Shown here: one piece after another, positions 1 to 12,439 of the stretch
How the letters are laid out: the number at the start of each line of letters is the position of its first letter
Numbering within the stretch: the stretch's first letter is position 1
NCBI GenBank assembly: GCA_002269645.1
Contig: NIVC01001571.1
Span: 11,970 to 75,969, forward strand
DNA length: 64,000 nt
DNA from: Macrostomum lignano
Lineage: Eukaryota
Direction of reading: 5' to 3'
Position numbers and translations under genes: made by a program
Notes under the pieces: model-generated
What the model saw: the letters and a program-made list of their open reading frames with translations, nothing else
Told to the model about the DNA's origin: nothing
The model's database searches: none

Positions 1-905
1 CTCTTAAACCGAATCTAAAGATTCTCATACCGAATCTCAAGACTCTCAAACCGAATCGCAAGACTCTTAAACCGAATCTAAAGATTCTCATATCGAATCT
101 CAAGACTCTCATACCGAATCTCAAGACTCTCAAACCGAATCGCAAGACTCTTAAACCGAATCTAAAGATTCTCATATCGAATCTCAAGACTCTCATACCG
201 AATCTCAAGACTCTCAAACCGAATCGCAAGACTCTTAAACCGAATCTAAAGATTCTCATATCGAATCTCAAGACTCTCATACCGAATCTTGAGACTCCCA
301 TACCGAATCTTGAGACTCTCATATCGAATCTCAAGATTCTCATACCGACCTCAAGACTCTCAAACCGAATCGCAAGACTATTAAGCCGAATCTAAAGATT
401 CTCATATCGAATCTCAAGACTCTCAAGCCGAATCTAAAGATTCTCATATCGAATCTCAAGACTCTCAAACCGAATCGCAAGACTATTAAGCCGAGTCTAA
501 AGATTCTCATATCGAATCTCAAGACTCACAAACCGAATCTCAAGACTATTAAGCCGAGTCTAAAGATTCTCATATCGAATCTCAAGACTCTCAAACCGAA
601 TCGCAAGACTATTAAGCCGAGTCTAAAGATTCTCATATCGAATCTCAAGACTCACAAACCGAATCTCAAGACTATTAAGCCGAGTCTAAAGATTCTCATA
701 TCGAATCTCAAGACTCTCATACCGAATCTCAAGACTCTCAAATCGAATCGCAAGACTATTAAGCCGAATCGAAAGATTCTCATACCGAATCCCAAGACTC
801 TCATACCGAAGCTAAGACTTAAAACGAAACTCAAGACTCTCAAACCGAATCTCAAGACTCTCATACCAAAGCTAAGACTCTCGATCAAACCGAATCTCAC
901 AAGTC
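1..905. repeat. 21-bp minisatellite (GAATCTCAAGACTCTCATACC-type) downstream of BOP1
   Basis: Visible tandem reiteration from the window start to ~905. ORFs 340..522 and 652..909 are its periodic translations. Confidence 0.95.
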
Positions 906-1071
906 CCATTTCGAAACCCGAAAATCTTATTTTGAATGATTAGCTAGCCACTTTAAAACTTCATCAATCGCAAAACTACACAAAAAACCTTACTTTTACC
1001 GGGTAAACAGCGGGAGCAACTATGACTGCCTAATTATGGTGAAAAAACACTCGTCATCGTTTTTGTCCGTT

Positions 1072-4000
1072 TCAAGAAGAATAGAACACGATACGACCGT
1101 CGGAACCGCCGGTGACAAGCCAGGGCAGGCGAGGATGAAAGTCGCAGGCGGTGACTCGCACAATCCCGCTGCCGCCGACGCTTCCAACTTGATGGCCGCG
1201 CAGGCGTTTCACTGGCACTAGCAGCGGATTCTCTAGCAGGTCGGCGTACACCCTGCTGTGCAGCACTAAACAGCTGCCATCGTCGCTAACAGACGCGCTT
1301 AGTGGCAGCGACGGATGAACGACGCATTGTCGGACTCCGTCGGTGTGAATTCGAAGCTGCTTGTAGGGAGTGCAGGCTAAATCCAGATCGAACCAGGCCA
1401 AACGGCTGTCCAGACTGCCGGCTAGCAGGTGGCAGCCGGTTGGATGAACGCTGAGACAGCTCAACGCGCGGGCGTTTGGCTTCAGAGTCTTCAGCTTGGT
1501 GAGCTTGGCCAAGTCGTACACCTTTAGTAGGTAGAGTTTTAATTGTGTTCAAATTTGAATTCTAATGCTTACATTTGATTGACTCCCAAAAATACCATGA
1601 GTGCCACATTGAATCTCAAAAGTGTCTTATACTGAATCTTATGAGTCTCAAGAATGCTGAGTTTTATGATTCTCATGCTGAATCTTATAAGTCTCATACT
1701 GAATCTCAAGACCCTCATAGCGAATTTCAAGAATATTCTGAGTCTCAGGAGTCTCGTATCGAATCTCAAAACTCTCGTGCCGAGTTTAGAGTCTTATACA
1801 GAGTCTCATGAGTCTCATAACGAGCCTCATACCGAGTCTCATGAGTCTCATACTGAGTCTCAAGAGTCCCATACCGAGTCTGAAGAATCTAATACTGAGT
1901 CTCATACCCAGTCTCACGAGTCTCATACTTAATCTCATACCGAGGCTTAACACTCTCATATCGAGTCTAAAGAGTCTCATACCGAGCCTCATGAGTGACA
2001 TACCGAGAGTCATACTGAGTCTCATAAGTCTCATACCGAGTCTAAAGAGTCTTATACTAAGTCTAAAAGTCTTAAACCGAGTCTCATGAGTGTCAAACCG
2101 AGACTCATACTGAGTCTAAAAGTCTCATACCGAGTCTAAAGAGTCTTATACTAAGTCTAAAAGTCTCAAACCGAGTCTCATGAGTGTCATACCGAGACTC
2201 ATACTGAGTCTCATAAGTCTCATACCGAGTCTAAAGACTCTCATACCGAGTCTAAAGACTCTCATACCGAGTCTAAAGACTCTCATACCGAGTCTAAAGA
2301 CTCTCATACCGAGTCTAAAGACTCTCATACCGAGTCTAAAGACTCTCATACCGAGTCTAAAGACTCTCATACCGAGTCTAAAGACTCTCATACCGAGTCT
2401 AAAGACTCTCATACCGAGTCTAAAGACTCTCATACCGAGTCTAAAGACTCTCATACCGAGTCTAAAGAGTCTCACACCGAATTCCAAGACTCACTTGAAT
2501 CCTAGCCTTCTCGGCCACGTAGAGCACAGGCTTCACCGGATCGAACTGGGCACAGCAAACCGCCGCTGTGGCCGCCTTCTTGCCGGCGCCACCTAACGGA
2601 GACTGGCTAGATCTAGTCGTCAGCCGGTGCACCAGTAGGGAGCCGCTGTCAGATACGGTCAGAAAATAATCACCCTGACGATGCCAAGCAAGCTGTTTGA
2701 CACCGCCTTGAGCAGTAGGCAATTGTACAGTTGCCAGAGTGCGAGACTTTGTTATTGCAGCGCCATTAGCGGACGCTTCGGTGGAGAGAATAGTCCAAAT
2801 GGCTGCTGACTGTTGCTGCTGCTGTTGCTCGCCAGAAGTGGTGGCCCAAGCTTCGGCAAATCGAGATGCCAACAGCCGGTCGCAGCTGATTAGTTCAGTG
2901 TGTAGTGGGGAAATACTATCTTAAATACTATGAATAACTAAATTTCACTAGCAAAAAATGCGTTTATTTACTGGCTTTAGTAAGTAGCAAAATTAGCGTT
3001 TTTTTTTATTTTCGGCACTTTTTCCAAAATATTATTCAAACAGGGAAGGGGTGGTACAGAAAGCTCAGCCTCTCTACTAGCTCACTTTAAACGCTATTTT
3101 ACTTAATTTTACGTACTACTCGTACTACTCTCTGATTCGAAGGTAAGCATGGACTAAAAAAGAAACAGATGTCGATTTGTTTCACATACCGACACACAGA
3201 AGACACATACCAATTCTATGAAAAAATACTGATTCTGAGAAACTGATACTGATTCTGAGAAACAGATACTGATTCTGAGAAACAGATACTGATTCTGAGA
3301 AACAGATACAGATTCTGAGAAACAGATACTGATTCTGAGAAACAGATACTGATTCTGAGAAACAGATACAGATTCTGAGAAACAGATACTGATTCTGAGA
3401 AACAGATACAGATTCTGAGAAACAGATACTGATTCTGAGAAACAGATACTGATTCTGAGAAACAGATACTGATTCTGAGAAACAGATACAGATTCTGAGA
3501 AACAGATACTGATTCTGAGAAACAGATACTGATTCTGAGAAACAGATACTGATTCTGAGAAACAGATACTGATTCTGAGAAACAGATACTGATTCTGAGA
3601 AACAGATACCAATTCTAAGAAACAGATACCAATTCTAATAAACAGATACCAATTCTAAGAAACTTATACCGATTCTAAGAATAGATACCGATTCTAAGAA
3701 ACAAAAAACCAGTCCTAAGAAACAGATGTCGATTCCAAGAAATCGATAGATTCTGAGAGATCCATACAGCTTCCACGTAATTGCTAGACTCTAATAAATA
3801 GAAATTTAAGAAATTGATGAACTTATTAAATCGATAGGCATTCTAAGAAAAAGATACAGATTCTAAGAAACAAAAATACACACTTGATCATTTTTTATAA
3901 CTCTCACCGATCCGTAGCAACCAGGTACACCCGTCCGGAGCCCGCTCCACCAGCGGCGATGCACGGCCTATCGGCGCACGGATTCCACGTGGCCGAGACC

Positions 4001-6999
4001 AGGCCGCCTTCACTTGCGGACTCCAACTGGGCCGACCAGGCTCTATAGCCGGTGGTGAGTTCGAATACGGCTAGGCGGCCGCCGGCGCCTGACGCGGCAA
4101 ACCATTGACCGCTGGGATCAACAGAGCAGGCGGTGATGGGGAGCGGCTGCTGACTGTCCTGAGCCTCCTCTGGCCAGGCCAGATACTGCAACACGCGCAG
4201 ATGTGGAAAAGGTCGCAAATCTCTTGGAGCGGGCAATTTGGGCAGCAGATCCTCAGGATCCATGCTAACCCGATGTCGGACAACTCGGGCCGCCAGATGT
4301 AGATCTTGGCAACGCTCGTAGCTGAGTTAAGCAGAGTTGGCGATGGTTAGAAATTGTTAGAAATACAGAATGAAAGTAGCGACCCATTACATGAGGCAGT
4401 TTAAAGCCTTAAACTTATGTAGTATTATGTAAGCCTACAAAGAATCTACCGTCCAACAGTCTGTAAGCCGCTACACCTCAACGATCCTTACAGTCTGTAA
4501 GCCGCTACATCTCAACAGTCCTACAGTCTGTAAGCCGCTATATCTCAACAGTCCTACAGTCTGTAAGGCCACAAAAAAGTTCCCTATTCGCTAAATCGCT
4601 AAAATTGCACAGCAGCCTCACAGCTCCGATGTGTATCCTGGATACGCCGGCACGCGTCGCAGAGCCGCGTATTTGGTTGGCACAAAGTTAACACGACGCT
4701 CGTAATCCTCTTGATTGCGCCATTTCTCCAATTCTTCGTCATCGAATAGGTACTCCTCTGGCGGATTGTAGCTCTCGTAGTGCGTTGGCGGCGCCTATGA
4801 ATATTGTAATTTTGCTAAAAAATTGGCTCATTTTGCTGAACAAAAAAAGCTATCAATCGATCAAAATATCAATGAATCAACCTATCAAACTATTAATGAA
4901 TGAATCAATCAATTAATCAATCGATCAAAATATCAATGAATCAACCTATCAATGAATCAATCTACCAAACTATTAATGCATCAGTCTATCAACTAATCAA
5001 TCGATCAACCTATCAATGAATCAATCCATCAATAATTCAACCTATCAACCTATCAATGAATCAACCTATCAAACTATTAATGAATCAATCAATCAATTTA
5101 TCAATCGATCAAACTATCAATGAATCAACCTATCAATGAATCAATCTATCAAACTATTAATGCATCAATCTATCAATTAATCAATTGATCAACCTATCAA
5201 TTAATCAATCTATCATTTAATCAATTCATCAACCTATCAATGAATTAATCGATCAACCAAATCGCCTATCACTTCATCAATCTGTCAAGTCACTACCTGG
5301 TCAATTTTACCAATCTGCTTAATCAATCAATTATCTACCAAGACCATAAAGGTACTAGGTACCTTCTTAGGCGGCCTAATATAAGGCAGTTTCCGTCTAA
5401 TAGCTTCGTCCTCGTCGCCAGCCTGCCGATCCCAGATGTCGTAAAATCTGTTGGCATTGTCACCTCGGGCGGCAGCTTCGCGTTGGCGACGCGCTTCGGC
5501 CCGCTGCTCACCGGTGAGCATCCAGCCCATCTTGATGGCGTGCACCATGCGCCCCACGCGGAGCCGCTCCCATTTAGATGGCACAAACGAGCTTTTACTT
5601 GGCGGGTGAGCAGTCACGGGCGTTGCCATGGTGTCAGAGGTGAACCAGTCAGTCTGAGAAGATTGGACAAATTAAACATACAGATTTAGACATTTTCTAG
5701 AAAAGTAAGACACAGCTAGTAGATATCCTGACACAAACTAAACACACCCTGACACAAACTAAACACACCTTGACACAAACTAGACACACCCTGACACAAA
5801 CTAGACACACCCAGACACACCGTGAAACAAACTAGACACACCCAGACACACCCTGACACAAACTAGACACACCCTGACACAAACTAGACACACCCTGACA
5901 CAAACTAGACACACCCAGACACACCGTGAAACAAACTAGACACAACCTGACAAACTAGACACAATCTGACACAAACTAGACACAATCTGACACAAACTAG
6001 ATACAAGCTGACACAAACTAGACACATCCTGACACAAACTAGACACACCCTGACACAAATTAGACACACCCTGACACAAACTAGACACAATCGGACACAA
6101 ACTAGACACAATCTGACAAACTAGACACAATCTGACACAAACTAGACACACCCTGACACAAACTACATGTAGACACACCCTGACAGACACAAACTACATG
6201 TAGTCACCTGACAAACTACATGCAGACACAACCTGACACAAACTAGACACCCTGACACAAACTAGACACCCTGACACAAACTAGACACCCTGACATAAAC
6301 TAGACACAACCTGACACAAACTAGACACCCTGACACAAACTAGACACCCTGACACAAACTAGACACAACCTGACACAAACTAGACACCCTGACACAAACT
6401 AGACAACCTGACACAAACTAGACAACCTGACATAGTGACAGTGAACACTGAAACACCGCAAGGAGACACCCTGACACAAACTACATGTAGACACAAAGTA
6501 GACACACCGATACACTCAGACACAAATAACAAACAGCTGACTTGCTTGAGTGAAATAGGACACATCCACTGAAACAAATCAGGCGCGTCAAAGTCAATCG
6601 GACAAATTAACGAAATTCCCAACAATAAACAATTCAGCTTACGTGGTCCTCGTATGGATCAACATTGGGATCCGGCACGCGACCCCGCACAATGTTCTTA
6701 ACTAACTGTACATCCTCGTCGCACAGAACAATTCGCTGCCCAGTTTTGGGGTCGATAACAGTTCTCCAGTATTCTGGATCGTCCATCTTGGCCATGAAAT
6801 CGTCTAACTGATCCCCAGTGTCTGGCTTCATCAGTTTCCTACCCTCGGTATCGTAGCCAATATGAGGATATTTTGTATACCAATGCATTGGCACGTTGCC
6901 AACCGTATTGCGTATGTCCTCATCATCAGACGAATCGTAATCATATTCGTCTGGAGCTGTCAGAGGCGATTCAATTGGCTGCTTTTTAATATCCGACAT
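1072..6999 (-). CDS. BOP1: Ribosome biogenesis protein BOP1/ERB1 (PeBoW complex WD40 protein), 6 exons: 6999-6643, 5653-5363, 4794-4622, 4321-3908, 2885-2495, 1521-1072 (2076 nt, 691 aa)
   Basis: Hallmark motifs: [116 protein letters not shown]. All five introns are GT-AG and the phases join into one open frame. Confidence 0.97.
1580..2490. repeat. 21-bp minisatellite (GAGTCTAAAGACTCTCATACC) filling BOP1 intron 5
   Basis: Near-perfect tandem units at ~2220-2470 and degenerate units from 1580. Same family as 1..905. Confidence 0.95.
3225..3780. repeat. 20-bp minisatellite (GATTCTGAGAAACAGATACT) in BOP1 intron 4
   Basis: Exact 20-bp periodicity at 3241-3600, decaying at the 3' side. Confidence 0.95.
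4455..4565. repeat. ~33-bp tandem repeat (CAGTCTGTAAGCCGCTACATCTCAACAGTCCTA) in BOP1 intron 3
   Basis: About three copies, with CAGTCTGTAAG at 4457, 4491, 4524 and 4557. Confidence 0.85.
4850..5325. repeat. Degenerate ATCA-based (ATCAATGAATCAACCT) repeat in BOP1 intron 2
   Basis: Reiterated ATCAA/TCAAT motifs fill nearly the whole intron. Confidence 0.85.
5725..6520. repeat. ~21-bp minisatellite (GACACAAACTAGACACACCCT) in BOP1 intron 1
   Basis: Visible tandem units. ORFs 5905..6111, 5936..6190 and 6380..6625 are its translations. Confidence 0.92.
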
Positions 7000-7087
7000 T
7001 GCTAAAGCTCTGCAATATTGTTAACAGAAAATGGTTTATATTGGTTGTGTTAATGTAGGGGCTTTGTAAAACGTGCTTGTAGCTTAA

Positions 7088-7390
7088 GGGGTTGCAGCCT
7101 ATTGGTTAGAGCGTCGGACGCACAACTGAAAGGTCGGGGGTTCGATTCTCGACCATCTCGAAAAAATTGTGTCCTTGAGCAAGACACTTAACTCTGCATT
7201 GCTTCAGTTCACCCAACTGTAAAATGGGTGCCAGCATTAGCTGGGGTAATTGAGGGTGTGTGGCGACCCCCCAGTCGTTGGACTGAACAGAATTACACAG
7301 CCTTCAGATGCGTATGCAACAGCTGCGGCTGAGCTGTCAATTGCACATCTGCCCATTAGGGCAGGTTTAATTATTTATTATTATTATTAA
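7088..7390 (+). mobile_element. tRNA-derived SINE with CORE/Meta-like central domain and (ATT)n tail
   Basis: A-box-like TTGGTTAGAGC and B-box GGTTCGATTCT head, then GTGTCCTTGAGCAAGACACTTAAC...CTGTAAAATGGG (resembles the MIR CORE consensus), a unique 3' tail and (ATT)n. Other copies occur in the window. Confidence 0.8.
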
Positions 7391-7819
7391 ATTAAAACTA
7401 GGTACAGTATCACTATAAAAGCAAAGGGGCAACAAATATTCAGTCCTGTATTCTACAACAGAGCCATGCTGCTACCATATCACAGTATAGTTATAACACA
7501 ACAGTTACTCACTGTGGCAGTCTCAAAGGTTGGTAAAACCAGCCTATTTGATTGTGTATACTAACCACAGCCAACTCTGCTTAACTTGCAGAACTTTCAT
7601 AATTTATAATTGGCATTTGTTCTAATTATAAATAAGAAATTAAGAATAAAATCAAAGAAAATTGTTGTTTATTTGATTTAGTAGGCAGGTAAAATCCAAA
7701 AAAAAATTATTTATCAAATAAATGTTTAACTGCTAGCTGACCTGGCTAGCATAAATTGATAGACTAAAGGTAAGTTAAAAAATTGACAAGCACATCTAAA
7801 TGGACTAGGAAGCCAACAT

Positions 7820-7950
7820 GCATATACTCAATTATCCTAGCTAAGGCTAATGCCCATTTTATAGCTGGGTGAACTGAAACAATGCAGAGTTTGAAGTCTC
7901 TTGCTCAAGGACACAAATTATTTTATGTGGTTTGAGAATCAAACCTCTAA
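7820..7950 (-). mobile_element. Degenerate fragment of the same SINE family
   Basis: CCCATTTTATAGCTGGGTGAACTGAAACAATGCAGAGTT...GCTCAAGGACACAA is the reverse complement of the central domain at 7165-7230. Confidence 0.7.
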
Positions 7951-8718
7951 CTTTCTATTTGTGAGTCCAACACTAAACTTTAGGCTATACTCCCTAATAA
8001 ATAAAACTAAGGACCAAAATTTGACAAGCCAAAAAATCAAATAGAATAGATGATCTGGGAAAATGACTTGAGCACTACTTAACTTTACAATAATGATTGG
8101 CTTTATACTCAATTTGACTAGACTTTCACAAAAATGAAACATTTTTGCATGTAATATAAAAAGAATTTTGTAAATAGTTGCCTCTTTTCCTTCCATTTTT
8201 CAGTATTTTTTTCTTGTATCATGCTTTTATTATTTTTTGTTTCTGAAAATATTATAGCTATTTTTTATGAATTATTTGATAGTTCAAAAAAATTCAGCAA
8301 AAAAGGTCAATATTGAATAAAACTATAAAGGGAAATTTTATAAAAGCATATTATAATTTGAATAGATAAACTTTTAAACTAATTTATTTCATCAAACTAA
8401 CCTATCAATTTTGCAAATAAAAATTCCAATTTAAACAAACTTAAATTATACCTACAAAAATATGATGCAAAACTGATAATCTTAGCAACAATTGACACTA
8501 ATTTTTTTCATTATTAATTTCAAAGAAGCAAAAATGTTATTATTGATGATACAAATTTTCCATTACTTTACGTAAAAACATTAATTTACATTACAATTTT
8601 CATGCATGGCATGAATTTATTCACCAAAATGTGTATGCCAAAAAAGTATGTGTGGCTGTGTGTTACTTGTGTATGCCAATAGTGTACGCCAACAAAGTTT
8701 GCCAGGGGTTGTGTACAC

Positions 8719-10319
8719 CAGTGCTGCCACTACCTGCATTTTTAACGCAGCTGCATTTTTTAGCTCTTGCTCTGCGTTATGCGATAATTTTTTCACTAGG
8801 CATAATATCTGCATTTTTTCTTATTATATACACTGTACCCTGGAACTCTGGAAAGATCTGGACTATTGATCTGCGAAGAAATAGCCAAGTTGATGACAGC
8901 CAGCTGGGAGTCGGCAAGGAGACTCAAATTCTACTCCGCGACCCAGGAAGACGAGAATCTCAAAATGCACTATTCTTTCTTAAGTTTTGTGCATTCTATC
9001 AAGCCCTTGCTGCCTACCTAGCAACTGAACTTCCATTTAGGAAGTTAATTCTACGGCGCCTGCAAGTTCTCAATCCAGGCAAACTGCTTGACAAAGAGAG
9101 TCCCGACCTTGCTTTTGCGCTGGCCAAGCAGCTGCCAACAGTAATATGCCAGAACGAACTTGACTCTCTTCATCAAGAAGTTCAGCAGCTGCGTCTTCAA
9201 GGGCATTTTGTCGAAAGCTACCCAGTACCAGCACTTTTCTGGCATCAGGTCGCCAATAAGAAGAACATCTTTGACGAGCCAGTGTTCCCCTTGATGACTA
9301 AGTTAGCGCAAGCTGTCATGACCTTCTTCCACACCAATGCCAATCCAGAACATGCTATAGGGAAGTCAAGTGACATTGATGATAATTCAAAGCGAAATGC
9401 AATGGCTGACACCACTCGTCTAGCTAGCTCATCTTTGAGTTTGTAGCTTCCTTTGCTCAACTCAGCAACTGCATGTGCATCGATACAAACATCAGTTGGA
9501 ACCTGATTGATCTTGGGATAATGGGATTGAAGCATGAACCAAGTATTTCACCCACTAGGCAGAAAAGAAAAAGCATAAGGCAACAGAATTGAAAAGGCTC
9601 AGGCGGCTGCTGCAGCGCAAGCGGCCAAGGATGCTGAGGCAGCAAAGTATGAAATGCAGTGCCTAGAGCAAGCAATGAAGATTCGCTAGCAAGAGAAGGC
9701 TGCTCATGACCTCAAGCAGGAAGCCAATCAAAAGGTTACCAAAGCAGAGTTGGTGCTGCAGAAGGTTGCTGAGCACCTAAAGCAAGTGCAGTGTGAGAGG
9801 GAGGCTGCCCAGAAAGCCAAAATGGCAGTGGAAAAGGACCACCAAATGCTAGACCAACGTGCTTTTGATGGAGGTGGAGCTACAAAGCGCAAGTCCTCTA
9901 GTCAAGCCAATGTGGACCAAGAATCCATCGCCGACGCCAATGGAAAAGCTTCCACCAGCAAGAAGCCCTGTGACTATGACAATGTAGTATAATAAATTGA
10001 TCTGACTGTCTATAACAAAAAAAAACTTTCACATTGTTTTTTAAGTACAAGCAACTTTTTAGCAATCAATTTATTATTAAAGTCAATTAATAACAGCTAT
10101 TTTTACCGTTGATTATTCTGCTACACTGTGTTGTGTGTTTTGTTTGTTGTGTTGCCTATCTGAAATCAAGGAAAAAAATTAAATAAAAAATTTGAATTTA
10201 GCGTTAAAAATTTCTATATTCAAATATCTTTTAGTGATGGGAAGTAAAAACAATCATAATTTTAGAATGCATTTTTTCCTTGTGCATTAAATTTTTCACA
10301 ATATAGAATGGCAGCACTG
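8719..10319 (+). mobile_element. 1.6-kb internally deleted hAT-superfamily DNA transposon
   Basis: 11-bp TIR CAGTGCTGCCA...TGGCAGCACTG, flanked by GTGTACAC (8711-8718) and GTATACAC (10320-10327), an 8-bp TSD with one mismatch. Contains a transposase C-terminal remnant. Confidence 0.8.
8950..9446 (+). pseudogene. hAT transposase C-terminal (dimerisation domain) remnant
   Basis: FWHQVANKKNIFDEPVFPLMTKLAQAVMTFFHTNANPEHAIG resembles the hAT motif FW...FP.L..LA...L..P.SNA..ER.FS. No catalytic N-terminal core is present, and a broken coiled-coil tail follows (9750..9992). Confidence 0.7.
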
Positions 10320-11694
10320 GTATACACCGATTGTATACTCTAAGGGCTTAAGATGGCCATTTTGTATGCTGGAAAAGTTCCGGTGTACATGCATACCATC
10401 TGCAACCTAGCTAGGCCTTAGCTGTATAGAACACAACTAAATTTATTTCTTGGCATAAATTTGAATTAATGGTATATTAACATATAGGGGATCATTTTTT
10501 CTAGTATACCATGTCATTTAACAGCTTTGGGGTGTGGTCTGAGCTTTAAAATTGCTCATTTGCTCAGTATTTGGCTCTAGGCCTAGTTAGTCTTAGCTCA
10601 TTTGTATGCCATTGTCTAGTCCAGCCCATACATGCGCAACTTCTGAAATTACGCTGGCCGTGCGACTTAGTTTTCGATCAAAAATGCGACTTACCTATGT
10701 AAGAAAGCTAAACAAAGAATTGTGGGTAAACGGCAGGAGTAACTATGACCATATTTTAAAGGCTAAATGCCTCGCCAGCTAATTAGTGCAGATTTCGCAG
10801 TTTTTATTACAGCTAATCAGTATATCATAGTGGCGGCCTGAGGCAATTAGTAATGATGACAATGAGTAAAGACATGTAATGACAAAATTCATGATTCATG
10901 AATGTCTAGAAGTAAGTGAAGTGAATACAGTGTGGCCTATAGCTCAAGAATAATTTCACTTGCTAGACGATTTGGCATGGAAGATGAGAGCCCTGATTCA
11001 GATGGCTCATCAGATGCAGAATACAAATCCAGTAGAGATACAAGCTGTGAAAACCCACAGATTTTGAAACCACTGAATTCCAATTCCCGGAACTATTTTG
11101 CATAGATTCTTAAATTTGAAGTCATGCTTAAACAAAAACTTGTTAACAGTTAGGAAAAAGGCAAACAAGGATAGGAGTAAATGCATGTTAAATTAAGATT
11201 TGAGGCCTTTGCAAATTCTCTCCTTTCCTCAATCTTCTCATCCTCTTTTTCTTTTCTCTCTCATCCCTCATCCCTTCTCTCTTTCCTCTCCTCTCTCCTC
11301 TCTTTCCTCCTCTCTTATCTCTTCTGTCTCCTGTCTACATTCTTATCTCTCCTCTCGTCTCTCTCCACTTCACTCTACTCTCTCATCTTATCTCTCCTCT
11401 CGTCTCTCTCCACTCAACTCTCTCATCTCATCTCTCCTCTCCTCTCTACTCTCTTCTCTACTCTCTTATCTCTCCTCTCTTCACTCTCCTCTTATCTCCT
11501 CCTTATCCTCTCTTCTATCATCTACTCTCTTATCTCCTTTCTTCTCTCCTCTTTCCTCTTTCCTCTCTTCTGATCTCATCCATCATCATATCTTTCCTCT
11601 TTCCTCTCATCTCTCTCCTCCCTCAGCTTTTCTCTCATCTTCTATCTTTTCTCCCATTGCATCGCTCGTCTCTCCTCTGTTTGCTTATCTCCAA

Positions 11695-11980
11695 CATACA
11701 TGCGCAACAGTCGGCCGATCCGGCCGACCGATTTGGCGGCCAATCAAGGAAGTCGCAAAAATGCCCACCCAAAAAATAACCTGGAGTAGTACTAAGTAGC
11801 TGACGAGGCATTTTAGCTTAATAAAACAGTCATAGTTACTCCTGCCGTTTACCCAAAGTTGCGTTGATTTTGCTTTCGGGTTTTTTATATGTAAGTCGCA
11901 TTTTTGGCCAAAAACTACGTCGCATTTTTGTTAAAACTAAGTCGCACGGCTGACCGAATTTTGGAGGTTGCACATGTATG
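11695..11980. mobile_element. 286-bp MITE of the CATACATG family, nested in the 2.8-kb element
   Basis: TIR CATACATGCGCAAC / GTTGCACATGTATG and perfect TSD ATCTCCAA (11687-11694, 11981-11988). Near-identical copy at 58702-58989. Confidence 0.92.
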
Positions 11981-12439
11981 ATCTCCAATCTTCTATTCCC
12001 TCTACTTTGAAGTAAGAAAATATGCACACATTTTTGCTGAAGATAAGAGGAGAGAAGAGGGCCTTGAGGACAAAGGGTAGAGAGAAAAGGGGAGAAAGGA
12101 GAGGGGAGAAGAGAGGAGAGTAAAAATGAAAGGAGAGAGAAGAGGGAAAAGGGGGAGAGAGAGAAGAGGGGAGGCAAGGTAGAGAAGAGAGAGATGAGAG
12201 TTGAAGAGACACCAACCTTGCTAGTTAGAAAGTTTCAAAGAACCCGAGGGGCGAGGGCCAGATAGAGGGGCTTCGCGAGCTGGACTTTGCCGACCCCTGC
12301 TCCAGAGTTAAAGAAATCAATGGGAAACTGTTGACATAGGCTGCTGATTTCAAAGATCTTGTCTGTGGTTGAAGGCTTCTATTCTGTTTTTTTTGCTCTC
12401 CTGCCACACTTGCACCTACTACCCCTTGATCGCCTCTGA

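Noticed and set aside
340-2596. Periodic ORFs (MRFDMR.., SLIPSLKTL..) and similar ones throughout the track
   Set aside because: They are translations of tandem repeats in introns or intergenic DNA, with no coding signal beyond stop-free periodicity.
7088-7165. tRNA gene (also 37770-37839)
   Set aside because: A and B boxes are present but the acceptor stem does not pair, and the head runs into SINE body and tail sequence shared among copies.
11181-12215. Leu/Ser-rich 'membrane' ORFs, also 61554-62341
   Set aside because: They derive from CT/GA low-complexity tracts inside non-autonomous transposons.
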